This document shows, one piece after another, positions 18,509 through 28,261 of a stretch of 64,000 nucleotides of DNA. Positions within the stretch are counted from its first letter, which is position 1, and every line of letters starts with the position of its first letter. The notes beneath the pieces were generated by a model, which saw nothing but the letters and a program-made list of their open reading frames with translations, was not told where the DNA came from and did no database searches. Made by a program: the position numbers and the translations under genes. This DNA is from an uncultured Desulfobacula sp. Its GTDB lineage: Bacteria; Desulfobacterota; Desulfobacteria; Desulfobacterales; Desulfobacteraceae. Location of the stretch: NCBI GenBank assembly GCA_964455805.1, contig CAYVZG010000002.1:66382-130381 (forward strand), written 5' to 3'.

Positions 18509-20611
18509 ATGAATGATAATCAAGAACCTGTACTGATTTGTAAAAACCTGTGCATTTCATATTATACAAGAGCCGGAGAGATTCCTGCTGTTGTAGATTT
18601 TTCACTGACGGTTAAACCGGGTGAGACCATTGGTATTGTGGGGGAATCCGGATGTGGAAAATCCACAGTTGCAATGGCGATCATGCAGTACATGGGGTCC
18701 AACGGGGGAATCAAAAGCGGCAGTATAACATTCAAAGGCAGAGATTTAACTACCTTGAACGAAAATGAACTGCGCGACATCCGGGGATCAGAAATATCCA
18801 TGATCTATCAGGAACCCTTTGCCTCATTAAACCCAAGTCTTAAAATCAGTACCCAGCTCATGGAAGTGCCCCTGGCACATGAAGATATCTCTAAAGAGGA
18901 AGCCCGTAAACGATCTTTGCAAATGCTGTCTGATGTGAACCTGCCCGATCCGGAGCGGGTTATGGAGTCCTATCCCCATCAATTGTCTGGCGGTCAGCAG
19001 CAGCGGGCCGTCATTGCCATGGGACTTTTGTCCAAACCATCCCTGCTACTGCTGGATGAACCCACCACTGCACTGGATGTTACCGTGGAAGCCGGTATTG
19101 TTAAATTGATTGCCGATATCAGTAAAAAATTCGGCACCTCCCAGATCTATATCTCCCACAATCTAGGCTTGATTTTAGAAACCTGCGACCGAGTGTTTGT
19201 AATGTATTCAGGTGAAGTTGTGGAAGAGGGAACGGTAAATTCGCTTTTTGCCTGGCCAAAACACCCCTATACCCACGGACTTTTTTCATGTATCCCTTTG
19301 CCCACAACAGATAAAAATGCAGCCCCCTTAAAGCCCATCCGGGGACAATTACCCCTGCCCTTTGAAAGACCTGCCGGATGTTTTTTCGGACCCCGGTGTG
19401 ATCATTTTAAACGAGGCCTGTGTAATAAAGATCATTTCAAAATGGAGCATGTAGAGGACGGCGCATTAGATCACCGTGTCCGATGCTTGCGATATAAAGA
19501 AATTGACCATGCCAGCAGGCTGGCTCCCGATTCCACTAAAAAATCACCTCAGATTGGTAAACGGGTCCTGAATGTTGATAGTATGAAAAAATACTATGAG
19601 GTAAAAGATTCTTCATTGGCAGCCTTGATAACGGGTAAAAGTTCTCGTTTTGTAAAAGCAAATGAAGAACTGAACTTTACAGCCCATGAAAGTGAAACCG
19701 TAGCCATTGTCGGCGAATCAGGCTGTGGCAAATCAACCTTTGCCAAAGTTCTCATGGGGTTGGAAACCGGAACAGCTGGAGAGGTCCGTCATGATGGCCA
19801 GGATATTTCCGGTATAAAGGTCAGGGATCGTTCCACTGAATCGATCCGCTCTCTGCAGATGGTGTTTCAAAATCCATTTGATACTTTGAACCCGAGTCAT
19901 AGCATTGGCGGGCAGATCTCACGGGTAATAAAACTATTTGGTATTGAAACGGATAAGGCAAAAATTTTCAATCGGGTGATGAAACTGCTGGATATCGTCA
20001 AACTGCCAAGGGATTTTTATTTTAGAAAACCCAGGCAGCTGTCCGGTGGACAGAAACAGCGTATCGGTATTGCAAGGGCATTTGCGGGAAACCCGAGTAT
20101 TGTCATTGCCGATGAGCCCGTATCTGCACTGGATGTATCTGTGGCAGCCGCCGTAACCGAGCTTTTAATGGATATACAACGCGAACATAAAACAACCCTG
20201 CTTTTTATCAGCCATGATTTAAGTGTTGTCCGCTACCTGTCTGATCGGGTTGTTGTCATGTATCTGGGGCACATTCTTGAGAGGGGAACCACAGAGGAAA
20301 TTTTCTCACCTCCGTATAATCCGTATACTGAAGCTTTATTATCAGCAGTTCCCATTGCTGATCCGGAAGTGACCAAGCGAAGAATTGTACTGGAAGGTGA
20401 TATACCAAGTGCCATGGCGCCCCCCAAGGGTTGCCCTTTCTGCACCCGGTGCCATCGAAGAATCGGTGACATTTGTGATAATGATCTTCCGCCGGAACAA
20501 TTGGTAAAAGACCGGCACGTCATCAAATGCCATATCCCCATTAAAGAATTGAGTCAGATCGAACCTGTCATAATAGTCCCTGAAGCAAAAGATCGTATTC
20601 ATGCTGAATAA
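18509..20611 (+). CDS. Fused double-domain peptide ABC ATPase (DppD-DppF fusion)
   Basis: Two GESGCGKS Walker A motifs, two LSGGQ signatures, DEPT/DEPV, and two Cys-rich oligopeptide C-terminal tails. Confidence 0.92.
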   Translation: MNDNQEPVLICKNLCISYYTRAGEIPAVVDFSLTVKPGETIGIVGESGCGKSTVAMAIMQYMGSNGGIKSGSITFKGRDLTTLNENELRDIRGSEISMIYQEPFASLNPSLKISTQLMEVPLAHEDISKEEARKRSLQMLSDVNLPDPERVMESYPHQLSGGQQQRAVIAMGLLSKPSLLLLDEPTTALDVTVEAGIVKLIADISKKFGTSQIYISHNLGLILETCDRVFVMYSGEVVEEGTVNSLFAWPKHPYTHGLFSCIPLPTTDKNAAPLKPIRGQLPLPFERPAGCFFGPRCDHFKRGLCNKDHFKMEHVEDGALDHRVRCLRYKEIDHASRLAPDSTKKSPQIGKRVLNVDSMKKYYEVKDSSLAALITGKSSRFVKANEELNFTAHESETVAIVGESGCGKSTFAKVLMGLETGTAGEVRHDGQDISGIKVRDRSTESIRSLQMVFQNPFDTLNPSHSIGGQISRVIKLFGIETDKAKIFNRVMKLLDIVKLPRDFYFRKPRQLSGGQKQRIGIARAFAGNPSIVIADEPVSALDVSVAAAVTELLMDIQREHKTTLLFISHDLSVVRYLSDRVVVMYLGHILERGTTEEIFSPPYNPYTEALLSAVPIADPEVTKRRIVLEGDIPSAMAPPKGCPFCTRCHRRIGDICDNDLPPEQLVKDRHVIKCHIPIKELSQIEPVIIVPEAKDRIHAE

Positions 20612-20681
20612 TCCGACGGGTAACCGGCAATTTCCAGGTTTTTAATCGTACACCTTTTACCGGTTAAAAAGAATATCTATT

Positions 20682-20710
20682 AAGGGTCCTTGTTTAAAAG
20701 GACCCTTTTT
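20682..20710. terminator. Intrinsic terminator between convergent genes
   Basis: AAGGGTCCTT...AAGGACCCTT stem followed by a T-run, lying between the convergent ABC ATPase and oxidoreductase. Confidence 0.65.
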
Positions 20711-20712
20711 CT

Positions 20713-22020
20713 TTATCCGAGAACTGAAAAACTGGAATCCTGATTGATTTCCCTGTTCCGGCTAAAGAAACCAATATCCAGTGTATGTTTGATATATTTC
20801 ATCTTGTACTGCAAAGGCGTTTTATCGTGGTCATTGCCGCTTTCACAATATTTAATGAGTTCTGACATGAATCCACCGACCACAGGTGCATTCTTGTACT
20901 GATTCCCGCTGGTGCCGATGGCCAGATAAAATCCGGGAAGATCTGACTTGTCATAAATGGGATACCAGTCATCAGATACGTCATATAGATCCACCAGGCC
21001 CTGATTTTTGTTTGGGATGGGCAGGTCTGGAAACCGCATGGCCAATCGCATGGCCTGGGTCTTGAGCTGATCTGTGAAATTTTCATTATAATCATCCGGG
21101 TCCACATAATCCAGGGGATCACACGCCGGCTCTTCACTGCCGATAAGGACGTGATTCCCGACTTCAGGGCGTGTATAAACACCCGTGTCAGAGTCTGAGG
21201 TGATCACACAATTGTTTTCCCAGTCCACGCCTTCAGGGCTTGGCACATGGGCCACTTCCACCCGTAGCGCCCGGGTTTTGATATTCATTTTGTCTTCAAC
21301 ACCTGCCATGCGGTTAATAAGATAGGAATGGGGACCTGCTACATTGACCACTACTGGCGCATAAATTTCAGATCCGTCTTTTAATTTCACTCCGGCTGCC
21401 CTGCCGTCTTTTTTCAGGATATCCACAACCTGGGTGTTGAACATGAAATCCGACCCCACTTCCCGGGCTGCGACTTCAACATTATGGGTGGACAGTTTCG
21501 GATCACTGATATAGCCTGATTCAGGTACAAAAAGCGCTCCATTGATACTGTCGCCGATGGGTTTTCCAAAACCCGGGTCATCCATTCGTTTCTGGGGATG
21601 GAAAGAACGAAGATCAGGGTTGGGCAGATAGTGCTTCATCTCTTCCGGAGTCAGTTCTAGGTAGCCCACGCCAAGGGCATCCAGAGATTTCATCACTGAT
21701 GCCATGTTCTTGTTGCGGTCGGTTTTATAGACCATGGCCCCCGTGTTCTTGTAATATGCCATGCCGTCAGGATCGACTGCATTCAGATATCGTGGCCAGT
21801 TCAGCCAGTAATAATACCCTTCCCGGGCAAGGGCTACCCCTTCAGGGGAGGAGTAATAAAGCCGTATAATGGCACAGGATCCTGCAGTGGATCCAAATCC
21901 TGAGCCGCCCAGCTTATCGATACTCAGTGTTTTATAGCCTTTCAAGGCCAGTTCATAGGCAATGCTGTTGCCTATAATCCCCGTACCAATAATTATTGCG
22001 TCATAATTTTTCTTGGTCAT
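20713..22020 (-). CDS. FAD-dependent oxidoreductase, DAO/sarcosine oxidase beta-like family (paralog 1)
   Basis: YDAIIIGTG Rossmann motif, GSTAGSCAIIR, VVVNVAGPHS, GTSGNQYKNAPVVG. Confidence 0.88.
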   Translation of the reverse strand: MTKKNYDAIIIGTGIIGNSIAYELALKGYKTLSIDKLGGSGFGSTAGSCAIIRLYYSSPEGVALAREGYYYWLNWPRYLNAVDPDGMAYYKNTGAMVYKTDRNKNMASVMKSLDALGVGYLELTPEEMKHYLPNPDLRSFHPQKRMDDPGFGKPIGDSINGALFVPESGYISDPKLSTHNVEVAAREVGSDFMFNTQVVDILKKDGRAAGVKLKDGSEIYAPVVVNVAGPHSYLINRMAGVEDKMNIKTRALRVEVAHVPSPEGVDWENNCVITSDSDTGVYTRPEVGNHVLIGSEEPACDPLDYVDPDDYNENFTDQLKTQAMRLAMRFPDLPIPNKNQGLVDLYDVSDDWYPIYDKSDLPGFYLAIGTSGNQYKNAPVVGGFMSELIKYCESGNDHDKTPLQYKMKYIKHTLDIGFFSRNREINQDSSFSVLG

Positions 22021-22069
22021 TTCTTTTTCTCCAAAGCAAAGGATTCACTCAAAAACCTGTGATTAATTT

Positions 22070-22202
22070 GTAATTGTTTAGCCCGATAAAAGACTTTATC
22101 TTAAAGCCCTGTCTGATTGATATTTGCAGGAGGTTAAGCCTTTAGCATCGAAACAAATATCCTTGGATAGGGCGATTTCAAACATAAGATCTGAATAGTT
22201 AC
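22070..22202 (-). repeat. MITE-like dispersed repeat, copy 1 (inverted relative to copies 2 and 3)
   Basis: Reverse complement reads GTAACTATTCAG...GATGCTAAAGGCTTAACCTCCTGCAAATA...CTAAACAATTAC and aligns end to end with 52982-53115 and 55179-55314. Confidence 0.85.
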
Positions 22203-22262
22203 ATTCAATTTCTTAAATTTCGGTCAAGGGCAGTATTCATCGTTTCCTTGGTGATAAAGGAA

Positions 22263-23732
22263 TTATCCTTTTTCTAATTTGGCAAGAATTTCCTTTTCAC
22301 CTTCTTTTTTCAACCGGTCCAGCTCGGATATGACCTTGTCGGATAAGGGTTCTGGTTTATGGGTTTCTGAGATCATCCTGACCTCCTCTTTCACCCTGTC
22401 CTCCATTGAAGGTCTGCCCGCATCTTTCCAGCCGTCAATGGTCTGGCGGTTCATAAGGTTGGATGTCCACAGCTCCTCTTTAAAATGGTCCATGGTATGC
22501 TGCTGCACCAGAAAATGTCCTCCAGGTCCAACATCTTCTATGACCTGTCGTGCAAGGGTTTCTTTTGTTACTTTAATGCCTTCCACAAAGCGTTTTGTCA
22601 TACCCACAACCTCGTTGCCCATGACAAGCTGTTCAAGAGAGCAGGCCATACCGGAAGCCATATATCCCACATCATGGATAAGGTTTAAACCGGAAAGCCC
22701 CTGGCTCAATATTGAAAAGGTAGATTCAATTCCTGCCTGTGCATCTAAACTTTTAGCATCTGTTGAACCGGCAAGTCCCCAGGTGGGAAGATTAAAAGAT
22801 TGTGCCACCTCTGCCTGGGCTGCAAGCCCCAGGGTATTTTCCGGTGCACCTATGGCCATAAGCGCTGTTTTCATATCTAAAATTCCCACATTGCCGCTCA
22901 TGGCAACAGGACATCCTGTTTTCCTCAACTGGGCAATGGTGATATGAATGAGGGATTCTGCAGTAAGCTGAGTGATAAGCCCTGCCAGAGTAACCGGTCC
23001 TGTAGCGCCTGCCTGTACGGTTGAACCCGGCAACTGAGGCATAAACCGGTCTGCTGCCACAAAGATTCGTTCAATGACTTCATCGGGAAAAAAGAGAGGG
23101 GCTATGGCTTCGGGATAGGCAATAATAAAGGGTTTTTGGCTTAAGTTGTCCTGTCCCCCGGCAATCACGGCTGCCATCTCATAAACATATTCACAGCCAA
23201 GGCCCGTATACCCTATAAAAACAGCCGGTTTTGTTGTGTTGGAAATCATTGCGGGAAATTCATGGACTTCAGCTGCATCCGCGGGTACATCCTGGGCCGT
23301 TCCCATGGGCATGACAAAATCAATACCGTCCAGTGAATCCGCCACTTTGGCACCCAGCTCAATATCTTTTATACTGGTATTTCTTATTTCACCTGTGAAT
23401 GCGTCCCGGGTAAAGGGACTGGCCGTGGAGGTTCCATAATGGCTCTTTTCCCCTTCCACTTCCATCGCCCGTCTGCCGTTCCTGTCATAAATTGTCCAGC
23501 CCGTGGGAGTTGTAACAAGACATTCTTTAACAATGTGCCGTGGAATTTTGATATGGTCTTCCCTGACCCAGGCACCCGCCTGCTTCATCATCTTGTGCAC
23601 TTTTCTGTGCCGGCATTTAAACCCGACTTTTTCGATAATATCAAAGGCAGCCTGTTTTATTTCCCAGATCTGGTCTTCCGTAAATATTTTCATGCCAACA
23701 GATCTGGATTGAATGTTTGAAGACTGAATCAT
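22263..23732 (-). CDS. mttB: MttB/MtgB-superfamily methyltransferase (non-pyrrolysine); close paralog of 12077..13537
   Basis: GATGPVTLAG, AQAEVAQSFNLPTWGLAGSTDAKSLDAQAG, NLIHDVGYM, VGPGGHFL. Confidence 0.92.
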   Translation of the reverse strand: MIQSSNIQSRSVGMKIFTEDQIWEIKQAAFDIIEKVGFKCRHRKVHKMMKQAGAWVREDHIKIPRHIVKECLVTTPTGWTIYDRNGRRAMEVEGEKSHYGTSTASPFTRDAFTGEIRNTSIKDIELGAKVADSLDGIDFVMPMGTAQDVPADAAEVHEFPAMISNTTKPAVFIGYTGLGCEYVYEMAAVIAGGQDNLSQKPFIIAYPEAIAPLFFPDEVIERIFVAADRFMPQLPGSTVQAGATGPVTLAGLITQLTAESLIHITIAQLRKTGCPVAMSGNVGILDMKTALMAIGAPENTLGLAAQAEVAQSFNLPTWGLAGSTDAKSLDAQAGIESTFSILSQGLSGLNLIHDVGYMASGMACSLEQLVMGNEVVGMTKRFVEGIKVTKETLARQVIEDVGPGGHFLVQQHTMDHFKEELWTSNLMNRQTIDGWKDAGRPSMEDRVKEEVRMISETHKPEPLSDKVISELDRLKKEGEKEILAKLEKG

Positions 23733-25588
23733 ATTTTCCCCTCCAATTCGATAAATTGTGTTTTCAACGCCGGTTCAGGAGGGATTCCTTTCTCATCCCA
23801 CCCCATGGCGGAGTAATACTCCTGTAACATGGTTTCAAAATTTCTCAGGGTTAATCCCTGTTTGTCTTCCCGATTCAAAAACATTTCAGGAAGCCTGTCT
23901 TCAATATCCCCTTTTTCATGTCGGATATTAAAGCATTTTTCAAGTGTAGCAATTTGTTGGCCTGCTTCAAACAGGTCTTTTTGTGATATATTTAAATCCG
24001 TTAGACCATTGATGAGACTCACTTCACTTTCAAGGTTAAAGGATCTTAAAAGGGATAGTACAGGAACTTTGCAAAGCCCCAGGCTGTCTATGATAATATT
24101 GGTGGTAACCGCTTTTTTTATCACCTGTCCCTTTGCACAAATGGATTTAATGTTGACGGCTTCTTTTGTTCCAAACTCATTTTTTGCCTGTTCCTCAGAC
24201 CAGCTGTACTCAAGGGATGCATAAATATTATTATAATCACCGCCCCTGCTGGACACAGCATATCCAAGTGCTGTGCCCATAATGGCTGACGGATGATAAC
24301 CGGTTAGCTCAAGTCCCTTTATATGGGCCGCATATTTCGATGCGCCATTGCCGATGAGCTGGGCGGCCTTTCTGACGCCAAGACTTAAAATTTTGCCAAG
24401 GCCTTTGCCTTCAACCATCTGAAAGATTAATTTCTCCATGGTGTCGGCATTACCCCAGGAGAGATCAAGATCTCCTATCAAGTGGTCAGGTAATAATTTC
24501 TTTTCAAAAAGGTCCATGGCAAAGGCTATACCAGAGGCAGCAGATGTGCTGTCTATTCCCAAACGGGTACATAGATTATCCAGTTTGATGATTTGTGTCA
24601 GATCTTCAAGACCACATTTTGGACCAAAGTTAAGAACAGGTTCAAATTCCGGTCGCGTAAAGCGTTTATCTTTATTTGTTGCATCTAATTTAAGTTCAGC
24701 TTTGCACTGTACCGGACATCGAAAGCATCCGCTGGACCTGACGATACTTTTATCAAGCTGCCTTGCATCTATTTTTTCAATCTGCCCGGTCCCGATTTTA
24801 CCATAATTATGCCGACCCATGATACCCAGGTCATTTACCCATTTTACATATCCTGAACTGCCATATTTTGAAAAAAATTTAAACTCTGAAGAGTTTTTTA
24901 TTTCAGCCACATACTCTTTTACCGCTTTTTTCTGCACAGGTGTAGTAGCAGCAAAGTGTTTGTGTCTTCCTTTAAAAATCGCAATCGCTTTAAGATTTTT
25001 TGAGCCCATGACAGATCCCATCCCTGTTCTTCCGGCAGCATGATCTTTTTCAGTGATGATTGCACCAAACCTTGTCTTGCCTTGTCCGCCGGGCCCGATG
25101 GTCAGAATTCTTATTTTTTTATCGCCATGGGATCGTTTTATAATCTCCTGGGTTTCAAAAGTATCGCATCCCCAGATATGGGATGCATCCTCAAGACGGG
25201 CTCCATTATTATCAATAGAGAGGAGAACGGGTTTTTGCGATTTTCCTTTTATTATAATGGAGGCGATGTTACAGGATCTTAACCAGGCGCCTGCATACCC
25301 GCCAATATTTGAACTTCCCAGTATTCCCGTCAATGGTGAAAGTGCATTAATATGCAGTCTTGATGACGTTGGAGCAGATGAACCGGTAAGAAGGCCGCAG
25401 GAAAGCAGCAATATGTTCCCAGGGGCTAAAGGATGCGTACCAGAAGAAAGATGGTGATAAAGATGCCAGATATTAAACCCGCGACCGCCGATATAATTTT
25501 TCGCAGCTTCGGGAAATGCTGACAAACAACACTTGCCTGTACTTAAATCGATATCTAACAATTGTCCAAATTGTTTTGTCAAACCCAT
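23729..25588 (-). CDS. aor: Aldehyde:ferredoxin oxidoreductase family (W/Mo-pterin, 4Fe-4S)
   Basis: SPLTGILGSSNIGG, AAGRTGMGSVMGSKNLKAI, GCFRCPVQC, SSRGGD, DSLGLC, YYSAMGWD. Confidence 0.9.
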   Translation of the reverse strand: MGLTKQFGQLLDIDLSTGKCCLSAFPEAAKNYIGGRGFNIWHLYHHLSSGTHPLAPGNILLLSCGLLTGSSAPTSSRLHINALSPLTGILGSSNIGGYAGAWLRSCNIASIIIKGKSQKPVLLSIDNNGARLEDASHIWGCDTFETQEIIKRSHGDKKIRILTIGPGGQGKTRFGAIITEKDHAAGRTGMGSVMGSKNLKAIAIFKGRHKHFAATTPVQKKAVKEYVAEIKNSSEFKFFSKYGSSGYVKWVNDLGIMGRHNYGKIGTGQIEKIDARQLDKSIVRSSGCFRCPVQCKAELKLDATNKDKRFTRPEFEPVLNFGPKCGLEDLTQIIKLDNLCTRLGIDSTSAASGIAFAMDLFEKKLLPDHLIGDLDLSWGNADTMEKLIFQMVEGKGLGKILSLGVRKAAQLIGNGASKYAAHIKGLELTGYHPSAIMGTALGYAVSSRGGDYNNIYASLEYSWSEEQAKNEFGTKEAVNIKSICAKGQVIKKAVTTNIIIDSLGLCKVPVLSLLRSFNLESEVSLINGLTDLNISQKDLFEAGQQIATLEKCFNIRHEKGDIEDRLPEMFLNREDKQGLTLRNFETMLQEYYSAMGWDEKGIPPEPALKTQFIELEGKI

Positions 25589-25889
25589 CTAACTATCTCC
25601 ATTTATCACCAGACTGTAATTTAGAGAGGATAATCTTTTATCATAATATACGCCAAACAAAAAGGGGAATTTATCAGGTTTTAAAAACAGGTGTTTATTA
25701 TCATATAATTTGACTGAAAATCTATTTAAATAATTGGTTTGACACCATGAAAATCCGGTTTTTTTATTAACTTACATGAGATTAACTTGACAAAAAACCA
25801 GGTCTTATCCTACTTATACTTGTGTCTTTTGTGTTTTTTATACTATAATTAAATATTTCACTATTGGTCTTAAATAAATTTGGGTGAGT

Positions 25890-26921
25890 ATGAAACAAAC
25901 GGATGTAAAAATACTTGTTGTAGATGATCTTCCAATGAATATTGAACTGTTGGTAGACATCCTCACTCCGGAGGGGTATATCGTGGATTCTGCCGGAGGC
26001 GGCGAAGAAGCACTGGAAAAAGTCCTTAATGACCCTCCTGACCTGATACTGCTAGATGTCATGATGCCTGTAATGAACGGTTATGAAGTCTGTCGAAAAA
26101 TTAGAGGGAACAAATCTTTGCCCTATGTACCCATTATTTACGTAACCGCAAGTGAATTAGAACAAAAACACGCCATAGAGGGCTTGAATGCTGGCGGAGA
26201 TGATTATATCCGAAAACCGTTTAAAATAGGGGAATTACTGGAACGAATTATTTCCTGTCTGCGCGTAAAATCACTATATGATGAACTGGCAAGGACAAAA
26301 GCGGAATTGTCCCGTTATGTCTCTTTATCAACACTGAAAATGGTTGAAAATCAAATTCAACACTTCCAAACAGAGCCTCAGGATCGAGATGCATATGTGA
26401 CTATCCTGTTCTCTGACATTCGGGGATTCACCCAGATTACAGAAGGAATGGCACCGTCAGACGTATTTGATAAGCTGAATGCCAATATTGGAAAGCAACT
26501 CAGGATTATTGAAAAATACAATGGTATTATTGAAAAACTTAACGGTGACGAGGTTATGGCTGTATTTGAAGGCCCTGAGATGAGTGATAATGCCCTAGGA
26601 TGTGCCCTTGAAATTATCCAGGAATTGTCAACCTCCAAATCCAACAGGGGAGTAGATTTGTTTAATGTCGGTATCGGTATTAATACAGGCAACATTTATC
26701 TGGGCAGCCTGGGAAATGAATTCTTCCGGGACTATACGGTTATCGGAGATACCGTCAACATTGCAGCCCGCCTGTGCGGACTTGCCGGGGAACTGCAAGT
26801 TCTGTTTACCAAAACGACTCTGACCTCTCTTAATCAGGATAAATTTAGTTTCCAGTCCATTGGGAAAAAGATGTTAAAGGGATTGAGCAAACCCATAGAA
26901 GTGTTTAAGGCTGATTTGTAA
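25890..26921 (+). CDS. Response regulator receiver fused to a class III adenylate/guanylate cyclase
   Basis: Receiver: ILVVDD, DLILLDVMMP, DDYIRKPF. Cyclase: ILFSDIRGFT, EKLNGDEVM, DYTVIGDTVNIAARL. Confidence 0.9.
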   Translation: MKQTDVKILVVDDLPMNIELLVDILTPEGYIVDSAGGGEEALEKVLNDPPDLILLDVMMPVMNGYEVCRKIRGNKSLPYVPIIYVTASELEQKHAIEGLNAGGDDYIRKPFKIGELLERIISCLRVKSLYDELARTKAELSRYVSLSTLKMVENQIQHFQTEPQDRDAYVTILFSDIRGFTQITEGMAPSDVFDKLNANIGKQLRIIEKYNGIIEKLNGDEVMAVFEGPEMSDNALGCALEIIQELSTSKSNRGVDLFNVGIGINTGNIYLGSLGNEFFRDYTVIGDTVNIAARLCGLAGELQVLFTKTTLTSLNQDKFSFQSIGKKMLKGLSKPIEVFKADL

Positions 26922-26978
26922 ATCCGAGTATTCATATTCAAGGAATCTTACGCCCCCTGACAATTTGGAGGAGATCCA

Positions 26979-28190
26979 ATGAAAAATGGAGGAATTGAAA
27001 AGACAGATAACTTGCGAAATCCTTTAAGAAAAAAACTCCTTACCATTGAAGCCCTGATTTTTCTCATACCTGTCCTTACTATTATTTATCTTTTTTTCCA
27101 AAAGCCCGTCTCTTTTGAAACGGATCAGCTTCTCATTATTCTTGCCGTTCTATTTCTCATCCTGGGTGGAATGCTGCTGCTCAGGCAGGTCTTTGATCGG
27201 ATCTTTATGTTCCAGAACATAATGAAGAATGCTGAAAGAGGGGAACAATACGCTCTGAATGTACAAAAAGATACAGATGAACTGCATGAGATTACAAAAT
27301 CTTTCAACAACCTGATGAATAATTTCCAGACCTCAAACAAAGAGCTTCAACGGAGTATTGAGGAAATTGCTGAACGAAAAAGAATTGCTGCTGCTTTAAA
27401 ACGGGCCAAGGAAAAAGCAGAAACGGCCAGCATGGCAAAAAGCCGCTTTCTTGCCAATATGAGCCACGAATTTCTCACACCGCTTAATGCGGTCATTGGT
27501 TTTTCCCAACTTTTGGAAACAAAGACCCATGGGGATTTAAATGAAAAACAAATAAAATATGTCCAGAATGTACTGGGAAGCGGACAACAGCTTTTAAAGC
27601 TGGTAAATGGAATTCTTGAGCTATCAAGGATTGAAACAGAAGATATGGAATTAAAATTCTCAGTATTCGCTATTATGGATGAATTGAAAAACACTGTAAA
27701 CCAGATCATGGAATTGGCTCACAATAAAAAAATCGCCCTGACTTTAGACCTGCAGCCGGATATGCCGGATATTAATGCTGATCAAAAAAAATTTAAACAA
27801 ATTATTTTTAATCTTCTTAACAATGCTGTAAAATTTACTCCTGATAATGGCTCGATTCACATAAAGGCCAGAACAATGATGGGTTCCCAATTACAAGTTC
27901 CGAATTCTGCAAAGCCACATGCACAAATTCATTTGTTTGATGTTGGAGCAAAGTTTCTTCAACTTGCCGTAGCAGACACAGGTGTCGGCATCAAACATGA
28001 AGACAAGGAAAGAATTTTCTCCATATTTGAACAGGAAGATATGTCTTCAGAAAGGCTGTTCAATGGTATTGGGCTGGGGCTTGCTATATGCCATAAGCTT
28101 GTGGCTCTCCACAAGGGAATTATTTGGGTGGAAAGTAAAGGTAAAAATAGAGGAAGTAAATTTACTTTTGTTCTGCCTCTTAACCTTTAA
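26979..28190 (+). CDS. Membrane sensor histidine kinase (2 TM, HAMP-like, HisKA, HATPase)
   Basis: FLANMSHEFLTPLN, NLLNNAVKFT, DTGVGI, GIGLGLAI. Confidence 0.9.
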   Translation: MKNGGIEKTDNLRNPLRKKLLTIEALIFLIPVLTIIYLFFQKPVSFETDQLLIILAVLFLILGGMLLLRQVFDRIFMFQNIMKNAERGEQYALNVQKDTDELHEITKSFNNLMNNFQTSNKELQRSIEEIAERKRIAAALKRAKEKAETASMAKSRFLANMSHEFLTPLNAVIGFSQLLETKTHGDLNEKQIKYVQNVLGSGQQLLKLVNGILELSRIETEDMELKFSVFAIMDELKNTVNQIMELAHNKKIALTLDLQPDMPDINADQKKFKQIIFNLLNNAVKFTPDNGSIHIKARTMMGSQLQVPNSAKPHAQIHLFDVGAKFLQLAVADTGVGIKHEDKERIFSIFEQEDMSSERLFNGIGLGLAICHKLVALHKGIIWVESKGKNRGSKFTFVLPLNL

Positions 28191-28261
28191 ATGAATTCAC
28201 ATTAAGGAAATTCACACCTCAAACAAAACCGGCCGGATCTTTTTTTAATTTGACCCAAAAG

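Noticed and set aside
22279..22947. 222-aa plus-strand ORF
   Set aside because: Antisense shadow of mttB 22263-23732, Ser-rich with no recognisable motifs.
1..23732. Pyrrolysine (amber) recoding in the MttB homologs
   Set aside because: All four frames are uninterrupted through the Pyl-equivalent region, with no in-frame TAG, and there are no pyl genes in the window.
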